64,000 bases of DNA from a virus (lineage: Duplodnaviria; Caudoviricetes), in IMG/VR virus record IMGVR_UViG_3300028558_000028, positions 572-64,571 of that record; one strand, written 5' to 3'. The notes under the pieces were generated by a model. The model had not been told where the DNA came from. It did no database searches and worked only from the letters and a program-made list of their open reading frames with translations. The stretch's first letter is position 1. Each line of letters opens with the position of its first letter. The position numbers and the translations under genes were made by a program. Of the stretch, positions 1 through 9,758 are shown piece after piece.

Positions 1-2
1 GG

Positions 3-506
3 GCCGTCTACCGGAAGCCGAACACGGTCGATCCGGAACTGCCAAACGATGTTCTGGTGGCGACCGTTCGTGGCCTCGAGGAAATCCTCGACGCCGACGC
101 GGTTCGGCTGGAGCGGGTGCGCCGCGGCGAGCTTGCGATTGTCGACGCTGTCGCGCAGATGCAGCAGCGCGCGCCGGTATCGGTAGATACCTCGATCGAC
201 AAGGGCGCTACGCGGATCATCCGCGAGCCGTGGCGCCTCGACCGCCTGCCCCTCTGGCTATGGACCGACCGGCTTGCCAATTGGCCGTTGGACAGGCTCC
301 GCGACTGGCTTGCGGGCCAGCTTCTCCATGCCGAACGGTTTCAGCGCGAGTCTCCGGAGCGGGCCGACATGTGCGGCAACGGAAGCCGCATCATGGCGAT
401 CAAGCAGGCGCAGCGCGCGCTGGCGATTGCGGAGCGGGCCGGCGGATGGGCCGCGGCGCGGGCTGAGCTGGAGCGGCGCGAATCGCCTGTGATTGCTGCG
501 GAGTAG
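3..506 (+). CDS. hypothetical phage protein, 5'-partial (frame open from the window start)
   Basis: ORF track 57..506; the same frame has no stop back to nt 3; tightly followed by the next gene. Confidence 0.55.
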   Translation, partial: AVYRKPNTVDPELPNDVLVATVRGLEEILDADAVRLERVRRGELAIVDAVAQMQQRAPVSVDTSIDKGATRIIREPWRLDRLPLWLWTDRLANWPLDRLRDWLAGQLLHAERFQRESPERADMCGNGSRIMAIKQAQRALAIAERAGGWAAARAELERRESPVIAAE

Positions 507-511
507 AGACG

Positions 512-1015
512 ATGGGACTCGACATCACAGCGTATACGAAGCTCACACTCGTTACGCACTTGCAAGCCGACCTTGCTGGCAAGATTGCTGAGTATATCGA
601 CAGAGAAATGGCGTTGCTCATCACAGAAACGAGCGTCAACAGCCATTTTCCCGGCCGAGAAGCCGGCATCGATGTTAACGCGCTATATTGGTTCCCATAT
701 AAAAGCGCATTCCGATTCCGAGCTGGCGCTTATAGCAGGTATGGTGAATGGCGCCGCGGCCTCGCCGGCATGGTAGGATACGCTGGATCCTATAGACAAG
801 AGCCAAACCCTGGGCCGTTTATGGAGCTGATATACTTCTCTGACTGCGAGGGAATCATCGGGCCGGCTGTATCGTCGAAGCTCGCGCGCGATTTCGAAGA
901 CAACTTGGAAAGAGCCAAGGTATTCTCGCCATCGGATCAGTGGATCGATTGCTACAATAACTGGCGCAAGGCTTTCAACTTGGCTGCCGATAACGGCGTC
1001 GTCGAGTTCCATTGA
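512..1015 (+). CDS. conserved hypothetical phage protein (MGLDITAY...FSDCEG type)
   Basis: 167-aa ORF with purine-rich leader GAGTAGAG and globular composition. Confidence 0.7.
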   Translation: MGLDITAYTKLTLVTHLQADLAGKIAEYIDREMALLITETSVNSHFPGREAGIDVNALYWFPYKSAFRFRAGAYSRYGEWRRGLAGMVGYAGSYRQEPNPGPFMELIYFSDCEGIIGPAVSSKLARDFEDNLERAKVFSPSDQWIDCYNNWRKAFNLAADNGVVEFH

Positions 1016-1106
1016 ATCTGGAGCGCCCCATGAAGGCCATCACTCTCTACGAGACCCGCGACGGCGAGCGCTTCGAGACCGAGGCGCCGAACGGCAGGAG
1101 TGAGCG

Positions 1107-2210
1107 ATGAACGGCGATGCGCAGTGGGCTTGGTGGCAGAACGCGGTCGCCGGCAATCGCGGTGAACTGACCCGCGGCAATCCGAAGTCGGGATTCTACC
1201 GGGATCGCAGGCATCGCGCCATCGCAATCTGGCGTGAGGCGGACGGCACTCTGCAGTGCACGGTCACGGTCATCGGCAAGCGCCCATTCCAGGTCGTCCA
1301 TGATGACGAAATCGATGCTCTGTTCGGAGAGTGCTGCCAGTTCCCCGTCCCTCATGCGATCTATGAGGATGTTGCCGCGCACGGCAAGCCGTGGCCGCCA
1401 GAATACTTGGTCGAATTGACGATCAAGGAGACGATGGCGGCCGGGCCGGGTCGGGCCGAAGCACTCCAGGCGAAGCGCGAGCGCATCGCAGCGGCTGCAA
1501 TCCGAGAGCCCGACGCTGCGGAGAACGAGCGAGCCGTCCTTGGCGGCAATAACCCGCCAGAGCCGATGGCGCCTGATCTCGACTTGGCCGATCGCGTGTC
1601 CAAGCTCGAGAAGCAGGTCACCGATTGGCTTGCCTCAATCGGCGGCGCGCCTCGGACCCAGACAGAGGGTGATATCGTAGCAAATTACAAGGCCAAGTTC
1701 CTGGAATTCGAGAACGAGGCCAAGGAGAAGCACAAGGCGGAGAAAGAGCCGCACCTCGAAGCCGGACGCGCCGTTGACCGGAAGTGGTTTCCGATCCGCG
1801 ACGATGCAGAGGCGCTGAAGAAGCAGTTTGATGGCATCGTGCAGACCTGGGGTCGTGCCGAACAGGCGCGCCTCGACGATCTGGCACGCATCGAGACCGA
1901 GCGTCGGCGTCAGGCCGCGGCCGCGGAGGCAGCGCACAACCCCACGGCGCCCGCGCCGGTTGTCGCGCCCGTCACAGCCCCCAAGGTTACGCTTGGCACT
2001 ACGGGCCGCGCGCAGGCCGTCCGGACGACGGCGCCGATCTACGTCATCACCGATCTGGGGAAGGTTGCGGCACACCTCGCCGGCCTCGGACCGGGCGGCA
2101 AGAACGCGGTGTTCTGGGATGCCTGCCAGCGGCGCGTCAATGAACTCTGCAAGGCTGGCGCGACCGTCCCAGGCGTGAACGAGCCTCGCGCCGAGTCCTC
2201 AGCCGCCTAG
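1107..2210 (+). CDS. hypothetical protein with coiled-coil C-terminal half, upstream of RecT
   Basis: 367-aa ORF, SD AGGAG, 'GGNNPP' linker; position in the recombination module. Confidence 0.7.
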   Translation: MNGDAQWAWWQNAVAGNRGELTRGNPKSGFYRDRRHRAIAIWREADGTLQCTVTVIGKRPFQVVHDDEIDALFGECCQFPVPHAIYEDVAAHGKPWPPEYLVELTIKETMAAGPGRAEALQAKRERIAAAAIREPDAAENERAVLGGNNPPEPMAPDLDLADRVSKLEKQVTDWLASIGGAPRTQTEGDIVANYKAKFLEFENEAKEKHKAEKEPHLEAGRAVDRKWFPIRDDAEALKKQFDGIVQTWGRAEQARLDDLARIETERRRQAAAAEAAHNPTAPAPVVAPVTAPKVTLGTTGRAQAVRTTAPIYVITDLGKVAAHLAGLGPGGKNAVFWDACQRRVNELCKAGATVPGVNEPRAESSAA

Positions 2211-2220
2211 GAGAAGACCA

Positions 2221-3096
2221 ATGAACGAGGTTGTTCCGATCGCCGAGGCCCGACCAAACATTGCGGCCGGCGGCCGCGTGGCCGCAATCGTTCCGCAGAG
2301 CATGGACGAAGCCTACCGCTTGGCCAAGGCTGTCTGCCTCGCCGGCATGGCCCCAAAGGGCATGGACAGGCCCGAGAGCTGCATGATCGCGATCATGCAT
2401 GGCATGGAGATCGGCCTTACGCCACTCACGGCCCTACAGCGCATCGCTGTCGTGAACGGGCGCCCAACGATCTGGGGCGACGGGGCGATGAGCCTGGTCC
2501 GCGGATCGGGTGCTTGCGAATGGATCAAGGAGTCGATCGCTGGCGACGGCGAGAAGATGATCGCGACTTGCGAGGCGAAGCGGCGCGGCGAGCCAACCTC
2601 GATCTCACGCACGTTCTCGGTCGCCGATGCGAAGCAGGCCGGCCTATGGGGCAAATCCGGGCCGTGGACGCAATACGCAAAGCGGATGCTGCAAATGCGC
2701 GCACGAGCTTTTTGCTTGCGCGATGGGTTCGCGGATGTGCTCGGCGGCCTCTATCTGCGCGAGGAGATCGAGGAGGAGCATGGCACGCGTCCGACGCCGC
2801 CCACGCCGCCCACGGTAGAGCGTAGCCAGACGGTCGCGGCATTGGCTGCTCCTGTCCCTCCCAAGCCGCCACTGCCGCCTATCCCGCCAAGGCCTGCAGC
2901 CCCGGTAGAAGAGCCCTTCGACCCAGAGGCGCTCCGCATGCGCTTCGAGACTGCGGCGAAGGCGGCCACCGACATCGACGCGCTGAATAATGCCTGGGAC
3001 CAGATCGTGCGGTCGCACGAAGCGGATATCTTCCCGCCCGACTTGGAAGACCTGGTTGGGCTGTTCCGGCGCCGCGAAAACGAGCTGGAGCCGTAG
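2221..3096 (+). CDS. recT: RecT-family single-strand annealing protein
   Basis: Motif 'IMHGMEIGLTPLTALQRIAVVNGRPTIWGD...GLWGKSGPWTQYAKRMLQMRARAFCLRDGFADVLGG'; SD TAGGAG. Confidence 0.8.
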   Translation: MNEVVPIAEARPNIAAGGRVAAIVPQSMDEAYRLAKAVCLAGMAPKGMDRPESCMIAIMHGMEIGLTPLTALQRIAVVNGRPTIWGDGAMSLVRGSGACEWIKESIAGDGEKMIATCEAKRRGEPTSISRTFSVADAKQAGLWGKSGPWTQYAKRMLQMRARAFCLRDGFADVLGGLYLREEIEEEHGTRPTPPTPPTVERSQTVAALAAPVPPKPPLPPIPPRPAAPVEEPFDPEALRMRFETAAKAATDIDALNNAWDQIVRSHEADIFPPDLEDLVGLFRRRENELEP

Positions 3097-3098
3097 CC

Positions 3099-3575
3099 AT
3101 GGCCGACCTTGAAGGTCGTTGCTTCGTGCGCCGCGGCCGCACCCTCGTTCCGCGCGACTCCGCGGCGGATGATCTGCTCGACACGATCGGTGACGGCAAG
3201 GAGGTCATCCTCATCGTCCGGAAGGCGCGCTCGCCGGGCCACCACAGATGGTTCTTCAAGCTGCTCCGCACTGTCGTCCAGAACTCGGACGACTTCAACG
3301 ATGAGGAAGAGCTTCTCGACGCCGTGAAGCACGCGACCGGCCACGTCGAGCGCCGAATGATGCTCGACGGATCGGCATACATCGCGCCGCGGTCCATCAA
3401 CTTCGCGGGGATGGACGAGCTGAAGTTCCGTCGCTTCGTCGATCGCGCGCTGTTCGTGCTGAGCCGAGCGCTCGGGTTCGATCCGGTGGAGCTGATGCGC
3501 GAGGTCGACGCCGAGCAGAAGGCCATCGGCGTGAAGCCCGACGATCTCGCCGAGGCCGGACGGAGGGCGGCATAG
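3099..3575 (+). CDS. DUF1367-like protein
   Basis: 'RSPGHHRWFFKLL...PRSINFAGMDELKF' pattern; usual position after RecT. Confidence 0.65.
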   Translation: MADLEGRCFVRRGRTLVPRDSAADDLLDTIGDGKEVILIVRKARSPGHHRWFFKLLRTVVQNSDDFNDEEELLDAVKHATGHVERRMMLDGSAYIAPRSINFAGMDELKFRRFVDRALFVLSRALGFDPVELMREVDAEQKAIGVKPDDLAEAGRRAA

Positions 3576-4061
3576 ATGGCACGCTCGCTCACCGCAGAAC
3601 GAATCGCCCAAGGGCTCTGCCCGCGATGCGGCACGGAAGCCGCGCCCTATAGGCTGTGCTCGAAGCATCGTGCTGAAGGCATGATCGGCCGGATCTGCGA
3701 ACGAGCGTCCCGCGCCGGTGGATTCAAGAAGGAAAAGAGGGGCAACCGCATCTACTGGTCCCTGGGCAACAGGGCCGCCTTGGATAGCATCAAATGGAGC
3801 CCCGATGTTGGCCTCGACGACAAGCGTCGTCGACCCCGGCTTGGCGGCATCCCGGTCGACGTGGAGAAGCAGCTTGTCGCGATCCTCACGGAGGCCGGCC
3901 GCCCTCTCGGAATAGAGGAGATCATCTCGGCGTGGGGAAAGCTTCGGGAGCGACGGACGGGATCAATCGCATCGAATCTGGCGGCCATCATCACAGCGCA
4001 GCAGCGGCGCGCGTCCCGTAACGCAAAGAGGGCCGCTCAGCATCGAGGTGCTGAGCCATGA
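3576..4061 (+). CDS. hypothetical protein with N-terminal CxxC/C-H zinc finger
   Basis: 'GLCPRCG...RLCSKH'; coupled to both neighbours. Confidence 0.6.
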   Translation: MARSLTAERIAQGLCPRCGTEAAPYRLCSKHRAEGMIGRICERASRAGGFKKEKRGNRIYWSLGNRAALDSIKWSPDVGLDDKRRRPRLGGIPVDVEKQLVAILTEAGRPLGIEEIISAWGKLRERRTGSIASNLAAIITAQQRRASRNAKRAAQHRGAEP

Positions 4062-4426
4062 ACAAACGCCGCGAATTCCCACGATCGGTCAAGGTCGCTG
4101 TGATCAAGCGCGCCACGCGTGCCGGCGTAGTCTTGTGCGAGAAGTGCGGCGCCATCGCGAAGCGGTTCGAGATCGACCACATCAACCCGGACGGCCTTAC
4201 GGGTGATCCTGTAATCGAGAATGCACAATTGATCTGCGAAGCCTGCTTTGCGGAGAAGAACGCGGCCGACGCCGAGCGCATCGCTAGAGCCAAGCGCCAG
4301 GAAGCCGCTCACCTCGGCGCCAAGGCCCCGCCGAAGCAGCCGATCCGATCCGCTGGGTTCCCGAAGAAGCCCAAGCGCCAGCCTCGCCCGGCCCTGCCGC
4401 CGCGCTCGCTGTTCGAGAGGATTTGA
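4058..4426 (+). CDS. HNH endonuclease
   Basis: 'CEKCG...FEIDHINP...ENAQLICEAC'. Confidence 0.8.
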   Translation: MNKRREFPRSVKVAVIKRATRAGVVLCEKCGAIAKRFEIDHINPDGLTGDPVIENAQLICEACFAEKNAADAERIARAKRQEAAHLGAKAPPKQPIRSAGFPKKPKRQPRPALPPRSLFERI

Positions 4427-4429
4427 GCC

Positions 4430-5470
4430 ATGACCCCCGACGAACGCCGCTTTTTGTTGGACGCACTCGAGCAGAGCCGGTTGAGCTTTGGTTCGTTGTC
4501 TCACCGCGACGAAGATGAACTTCTCCGCAGCTTCCGTCGGGACCTGGACGCAGAGGCGGCGCCGGATGCTGTCGAGGCGGCGGCAAAAGCATTCTGCATT
4601 TCGATAGGGATAGAGCCGGATAGCAAGAATCTATTCGACTGCCAAAAGGGCTGGATTGAGCGCTGGCATCAGTTCGAGCCACACATCGCTGCCGCCCTCA
4701 CCGCCGGCGGCATCAAGGTCGCGGCGGATGCGGAGCGCCCTACGTCCGGTGTCTTCGACTATGCGGCGATCGAGCAAGAGGCTCGCATGCGTCACGATCA
4801 AGCAACGAAGAGCACCGCGGCAGCAATCACGCCAGACATGCGCACGCTGGAATATTGGACGGCCCGGGCGGCGGACGCCAATGCCGCATCCGTCGCCGAA
4901 TCCCGCCTCAAGGAAGTCGAGGCTGAGAGGGACAGTTGGAAGGATCGGGCTAATACATTCGAGCGTGAGTCAAAACGTTGGGCTATGCAAAGCGTCATTG
5001 ATGTTCAATCCGCCGAGCGCGCGCTTGCCGAGGCCGCGGCGATAGAGCGAGAGGCGTGCGCGAAGATTTTCGATGATGAAGTCGCCAAGCTCGAAAAGCA
5101 GATTGAAGACAACATAGCATATTCGCGTCGCTCGAAGGGCCATGATGATCTTTGGTGCGCCTCGAATGAGTTGTGCCGCTCGGCAATATACAGAGCAAAA
5201 GAGGCCGCAAGAACCATCCGCGTGCGCCAGTCCGCGCCGGCCGGTGACGGATGGTCATCGATAGATTCCGCACCGCGAGACGGGACACGCATTCTTGCCG
5301 TTTCCTTGCACAATCGGCGCATCGTTATCGTGGAGTGGAGCGCGAGCGCCGCACTTTGGTGTGAGGGATCGGCCTGGAATAGTACCGGATACGGCACTGG
5401 TGATTTGGCGGAATGGCGCCAGCTTCCCGCGCCGTCCCTCCCGCAAGCAGGGGAGCGGAAGGATGGGTGA
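4430..5470 (+). CDS. mosaic hypothetical protein with C-terminal DUF551-like domain
   Basis: C-terminal 'WSSIDSAPRDGTRIL...EWRQLP'. Confidence 0.65.
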   Translation: MTPDERRFLLDALEQSRLSFGSLSHRDEDELLRSFRRDLDAEAAPDAVEAAAKAFCISIGIEPDSKNLFDCQKGWIERWHQFEPHIAAALTAGGIKVAADAERPTSGVFDYAAIEQEARMRHDQATKSTAAAITPDMRTLEYWTARAADANAASVAESRLKEVEAERDSWKDRANTFERESKRWAMQSVIDVQSAERALAEAAAIEREACAKIFDDEVAKLEKQIEDNIAYSRRSKGHDDLWCASNELCRSAIYRAKEAARTIRVRQSAPAGDGWSSIDSAPRDGTRILAVSLHNRRIVIVEWSASAALWCEGSAWNSTGYGTGDLAEWRQLPAPSLPQAGERKDG

Positions 5471-6080
5471 GCGAGATGACCTCTTCGCCGAAACAGCGCA
5501 AGTTGGTGCGGTAAAGCGAGCGGCGGACCTATCCCCTTGCGGGACCTTCCGGTGGACGCTGACACGCGCATGGGACGGCGGCGGCCGCGTCTGTTTCATC
5601 GGGCTTAATCCGTCGACCGCCGACCATCGCGTGGATGACCCGACCGTCCGACGCTGGAGCCGCTTCGCTCAGGCGTGGGGCTACGGCGAGTTCGTGGCGG
5701 TGAACCTCTATCCATTCCGGTCCCCCAGTCCCGCCGACTGTCGGCGCTGGTCCCAATGGGATGAGAACGGGCCGGATTGGTACGCACGCGACGCGCTGCA
5801 CGCCGGCCTCGATGTGATCGTGAGGGAGGCAAAGAATGCCGCTCTTGTTGTCGCGTGCTGGGGCGCTGGAGCCTGGGATGAAGACTGGATAGAGCACGTC
5901 GTCGAGAACATCCAGACCGGCGCTGCCCCATGGCCGGATATTTACTGCTTCGCGCGATCTCAGGACGGGTCACCGGTGCATCCGATGGCGCGCGGCCGTC
6001 ACCGGGTTCCTGACGATGCTCAGCCGCAGCTCTGGCGCGCCGCCCTCGCCGAAGCCGAGAAGGACCGCTCCCATGGCTGA
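5463..6080 (+). CDS. DUF1643 family protein
   Basis: 'FIGLNPSTADHRVDDPTVRR...VNLYPFRS...VVACWG...HP'; start taken at ATG 5463 overlapping the upstream stop. Confidence 0.85.
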   Translation: MGERDDLFAETAQVGAVKRAADLSPCGTFRWTLTRAWDGGGRVCFIGLNPSTADHRVDDPTVRRWSRFAQAWGYGEFVAVNLYPFRSPSPADCRRWSQWDENGPDWYARDALHAGLDVIVREAKNAALVVACWGAGAWDEDWIEHVVENIQTGAAPWPDIYCFARSQDGSPVHPMARGRHRVPDDAQPQLWRAALAEAEKDRSHG

Positions 6081-6366
6081 GCGTCTGACAGAGGCAGAGA
6101 GGGTCGCGCTACGGGTGCTAGCGGAGGGGCCTGAGACCGCCTTCAGCATCGGATGCGAGATCATCCTGGCGGAACGCAGCGCCGGGAAGAATCCGAAGGC
6201 CGTTGGCGGCTCAGTCGCGGGCAAGCTTCGGAACCGCCGGCTTGCCGCGCAAGTCTTCGACGAGGGTTTCGACGTCGCCCGCCGCCCGCCCGGCCATCCG
6301 GCCCTCGCGCTCATCGGGGCCATGCTCGACGGGCTGATCGCGAAGGAGGGGCATCAGCATGGGTGA
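6073..6366 (+). CDS. hypothetical (possibly winged-HTH) protein
   Basis: ATG 6073 after AAGGA; coupled to neighbours. Confidence 0.5.
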   Translation: MAERLTEAERVALRVLAEGPETAFSIGCEIILAERSAGKNPKAVGGSVAGKLRNRRLAAQVFDEGFDVARRPPGHPALALIGAMLDGLIAKEGHQHG

Positions 6367-6607
6367 GATTCCGGTCGACGGTCTCATCGCGATCTGCGCC
6401 TTCCGGTATGCGCTCGGTCGGATGACCTACGTCGTCGACCATGTGGCCGATTGGCTGATCGCCAATAGGGAGTTGCTATCGGCGCACGACCGCGCCCTGA
6501 TTGTCAATGAGATCGAAGAAGCGCGCCGGATGATGAGGTCCGGGCTTCCTCTCTCTAATCGATGGGTGGTGGTGCTGGAAGCAATGACGCGAGACTCGCC
6601 CCCATGA
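6359..6607 (+). CDS. hypothetical phage protein
   Basis: SD AAGGAGG; 'CAFRYALGRMTYVV' motif. Confidence 0.65.
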   Translation: MGEIPVDGLIAICAFRYALGRMTYVVDHVADWLIANRELLSAHDRALIVNEIEEARRMMRSGLPLSNRWVVVLEAMTRDSPP

Positions 6608-6656
6608 ACCGCCCCGCGAAGGTCACGCAGGGGGAGATCGCGGAGGCGAGGGCCGG

Positions 6657-7166
6657 ATGACCGTACGCCCCCTCCCCGACCGAGCCAGCATCGGGCCAGA
6701 CACGCCGCTCAGGCTCGAGGATGCGATCGCGATCGCGTTCCCCACGGGCGGGCTGACCAAGAATGAAGCTAGGGTCGCGGTCGACGAAGGTCGGCTTGTC
6801 GCTTATCGACTTGGGGGCAAGCTGCTAACAACTCTCGCCAATGTCGAGGTGATGGAGCGGCGACAGCGGCCGAGGCCGGAAGGCCCAGGAGCATCCAGGT
6901 CCCCGATCGGCTTTAGAGGATACATATACGTCGTCGGCTTCGCGGACTATGTGAAAATTGGATATACGAAACGTGGTCCCGCCGGACGAATAGGCGCCCT
7001 GCAGGGGGCTTGTCCGGTTACCCTTATCCGCTACGGAATCGTACGCGGAACGCTTGATGATGAGCACCATATTCATCGTAGATTTCATCAGGACCGCCTC
7101 CGGGGCGAATGGTTCCGAAAATCGGCTAGGTTAGATATCTGGATCGAGGCGGGGTGCCCGTTGTGA
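6657..7166 (+). CDS. excisionase-like HTH fused to a GIY-YIG/T5orf172 domain
   Basis: N-half 'TPLRLEDAIAIAFPTGG...GRL...TTLANV'; C-half 'GYIYVVG...VKIGYT...RIGALQ...E...H..F...RLRGEWF'. Confidence 0.65.
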   Translation: MTVRPLPDRASIGPDTPLRLEDAIAIAFPTGGLTKNEARVAVDEGRLVAYRLGGKLLTTLANVEVMERRQRPRPEGPGASRSPIGFRGYIYVVGFADYVKIGYTKRGPAGRIGALQGACPVTLIRYGIVRGTLDDEHHIHRRFHQDRLRGEWFRKSARLDIWIEAGCPL

Positions 7167-7537
7167 CCCGCGTCCTCACCATGGACGAGGCTGCTGCCGA
7201 GCTCCGCGTCTCGCGCCGGTGGCTGCAGGATTTCCTCAAGAGCCTGCCCGCAGACCGCGCTTGGCACTTGCAAGCCGGTCGGAAAAAGCTGTTCGATGCA
7301 AGCGATCTCGACCGCCTGAAGGATCAAATGCGATGCCGCTCCGTGTCGTCCCCCCACGCGTCGGGAAAAGCCCGAACTACACGATCCGCGGGACGCACCT
7401 GGGAGTCCGAGTTAATCGAAGCGCGAAGACTAGCGACGGAAGGAAGGCCGAAAAGGTCCGGGCCAAAATCCGCGACGAGATCGAACGTGGAGCCTTTTCC
7501 CGTCCGGGCGAGCCGACCTTCGCCGGGGCGGCCTTGA
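7163..7537 (+). CDS. xis: excisionase / MerR-like HTH
   Basis: 'VLTMDEAAAELRVSRRWL...GRKKLFDASDLDRL'; GTGA overlap with the upstream stop; directly before int. Confidence 0.75.
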   Translation: MTRVLTMDEAAAELRVSRRWLQDFLKSLPADRAWHLQAGRKKLFDASDLDRLKDQMRCRSVSSPHASGKARTTRSAGRTWESELIEARRLATEGRPKRSGPKSATRSNVEPFPVRASRPSPGRP

Positions 7538-8379
7538 AGTACATCAAGGCCGGCGGCGAGCGTCGATATCTCGACCCGATCCTCGCCCATTTCGGCGGGA
7601 CGCTGCTGAAGGCGGTGGACCAGCAAGCGACGGACGACGCGGCGATCGCGATATATCCCATCGCGAACGCCGCGACCCGCAATAGGCAGGTCTATACGCC
7701 GATCTCGGCCGTGCTGAAACATGCCGGCATCACGGCGCGCGTCGCGCGACCCGCCGGCTGGCGTGGATCGAAGCGAGTCGATTGGTTGTGGCCGGAGCAG
7801 GCCCTGCCGTTGCTGGAGACCGCGGAGGCTATGAACGCCGAATTCGGTATCCTGATGACCGTCATCCTCTATACGGGCTTGCGCCTCAACGAGGCGCTTG
7901 CGCTCGAGATCGACCGGATGAGGTTGGCCGACGGCTTCGTCTATGTGCCCGATACGAAGAATGACGATCCGCGCTCGGTCTATCTTCCGCCGTTCGCCGT
8001 GGCTGCCCTGACGCGCCATCCGCGCGGGCTAGACCGGCCGGGGGAACGTGTCTTCAAGTTCCACAAGAGCGGCAGGCTATACGAGCTTCTGGACAAGGCG
8101 GCGATGCGCGCTGGCGTTACCATCCCGGATGGCGTTGCCTTCCACATCCTGCGCCACACCTGGGCTACGTGGATGCGCCGCTACGGCGGGCTGGACACGG
8201 CCGGGCTGGTAGGGACCGGCGCGTGGCGGGACCGAACGTCAGCGTCTCGATATGAGCACGTTGTGGTGTCCGAGGAAGCCCGCAAGGCAGACCTTCTGCC
8301 GACCACGCTGCAGCGCACAAGTGGTGTAAAAAGCGTGGAAATTGGGAAAATCGCCAAATCGTCGAGGAAAATCAGATGA
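7333..8379 (+). CDS. int: tyrosine recombinase (phage integrase)
   Basis: Catalytic motifs 'YTGLRLNEAL' (R), 'TKND' (K), 'FHILRHTWATW' (HxxR), 'GAW', 'RYEH' (Y). Confidence 0.95.
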   Translation: MPLRVVPPRVGKSPNYTIRGTHLGVRVNRSAKTSDGRKAEKVRAKIRDEIERGAFSRPGEPTFAGAALKYIKAGGERRYLDPILAHFGGTLLKAVDQQATDDAAIAIYPIANAATRNRQVYTPISAVLKHAGITARVARPAGWRGSKRVDWLWPEQALPLLETAEAMNAEFGILMTVILYTGLRLNEALALEIDRMRLADGFVYVPDTKNDDPRSVYLPPFAVAALTRHPRGLDRPGERVFKFHKSGRLYELLDKAAMRAGVTIPDGVAFHILRHTWATWMRRYGGLDTAGLVGTGAWRDRTSASRYEHVVVSEEARKADLLPTTLQRTSGVKSVEIGKIAKSSRKIR

Positions 8380-8382
8380 TCC

Positions 8383-8435
8383 GCACACCCTTCACACGGG
8401 TGGGGTCACAGGTTCAATCCCTGTCGCGCCCACCA
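8383..8435 (+). other. attP: attP core = 3' half of tRNA-Val(CAC)
   Basis: CACCC-TTCACAC-GGGTG anticodon arm, GGGTC, ACAGG-TTCAATC-CCTGT T-arm, CGCGCCC-ACCA; no D-arm or 5' acceptor strand; directly after int. Confidence 0.9.
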
Positions 8436-8505
8436 GAAACTAAAGGCTTTTTCGACCTTTCCCGCAGTCCACTCGGCATCAATCGGCAGAACACCACCGG
8501 AACTC

Positions 8506-8534
8506 GGCGTGGACCGGCGTGGAAAACGCGTGGC
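8506..8534 (+). repeat. GCGTGG direct repeats, candidate Int arm-type sites
   Basis: ggcgtggaccggcgtggaaaacgcgtggc; one more gcgtggaa at ~8333 on the other side of the core. Confidence 0.55.
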
Positions 8535-8635
8535 ATCCGTTCCGGTCCTGTTCGCGGGAGGCAGGGGCGCCTCTTAGATCGCTTTAGCGCTCGCTCAGAA
8601 ATCCGCTCAGAAACCGCCTCTGGATGGGGTCGGCC

Positions 8636-9145
8636 ATGACCTACCTAAGCGCTTGCATGGGCTGCGCAGCCAACGCTCAGAAGTGTCCGACGCGCGAGAG
8701 CATCCGAGCCGCGGTGCGCGGACGGCATGTCACCAGCATCCGGCATCGATGCGCCGATCGCATCCCTCTCTATGCGCCCGGCGCACCGGTGCTGGTGAAG
8801 ACTTCCGCGTGGCTATCGAGGGACCAGGACGAGGATTACAGCAACCCTCCGAAGCTGTGGTTCCCGGGCCATTTCATTCGACAAAAGGGTAGTTCTGCGA
8901 TCGCATTCATCAAGCCGGATACCCGCGCCACAGATGATGCCGAGCAGTCGTTTGAGACGACCGGACAGGGCTTTGTGAAGGTCCCATTTTCGAGGCTGAA
9001 GCACAGCGCCGGCGGACTTCACATCCCGATGGACGAATGCAGCTTGTGCGGCAGGATCGCGGCTCTCATCTACGACTGCAACCTAGAGCCTCCTGATTGT
9101 CGTTGGAAAGCCGAGTCCGCCCCCGTTCGCGGGAGGCCGACATGA
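8636..9145 (+). CDS. Cys-rich hypothetical protein
   Basis: 169-aa ORF with CxxC motifs. Confidence 0.55.
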   Translation: MTYLSACMGCAANAQKCPTRESIRAAVRGRHVTSIRHRCADRIPLYAPGAPVLVKTSAWLSRDQDEDYSNPPKLWFPGHFIRQKGSSAIAFIKPDTRATDDAEQSFETTGQGFVKVPFSRLKHSAGGLHIPMDECSLCGRIAALIYDCNLEPPDCRWKAESAPVRGRPT

Positions 9146-9530
9146 GCGCGATGACGAAGGAGGAGGCCGCACGCCATCTCGACGGCGACGAGTATTGCGA
9201 GGAAGGCTAAGCGCGGCCGTGAGCGACCAGACCCGCGACATGCACTTTCCGCTGTGGCCGGATCAAGAACAGGATGATCTCTTCGCGGCCCCGCCGCACC
9301 CTGATGGACGGCCATGGCTCAAGGGTTGCGACGAATGCGCACTGCGCCGAGAGAACCCTCAGGCATACCCAGACCCCGGAGAGACCCAACGGGAGATCGC
9401 CAGGGGTTGGCCTGGGACGCACTTTTATTGCATTCATCGGCTATCGGACGACGGCAAGCACGTGCGCGTGTGCGCGTGCTATGCGGCGCTGAGATCCACC
9501 GCCCTCGCCCAGCCCGGATAGGAGAGACGG

Positions 9531-9749
9531 ATGATGACCGAGACTATCAAAAACGCTGAGCCAGGCCCCGCGTCTAATGCGCATGAAGCGCGGCCGACGT
9601 ACGCTTCCGACACTCGGCTTATCGGCGCGAAGTTTGAGGCTCTCCATGCTGCACTACAGGCCGCCGAGGATTCGAATGGCGAGCCTGGAGATGACCGTGG
9701 CGTGTTGCACATCTACAGCGGGAAGAACCTGGCGCCGCGAGCTGGATAG
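9531..9749 (+). CDS. hypothetical protein
   Basis: SD leader GGATAGGAGAGACGGATG. Confidence 0.5.
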   Translation: MMTETIKNAEPGPASNAHEARPTYASDTRLIGAKFEALHAALQAAEDSNGEPGDDRGVLHIYSGKNLAPRAG

Positions 9750-9758
9750 GAGAGACGG

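Noticed and set aside
6604-6660. 18-aa ORF MNRPAKVTQGEIAEARAG, and a similar stub at 1030-1110
   Set aside because: Probably deletion remnants of common small phage genes; too short to support.
8383-8435. Functional tRNA-Val gene
   Set aside because: No D-arm or 5' acceptor strand; it is the att core.
8376-8639. 87-aa ORF after int
   Set aside because: Reads through the attP/tRNA fragment; a common false call.
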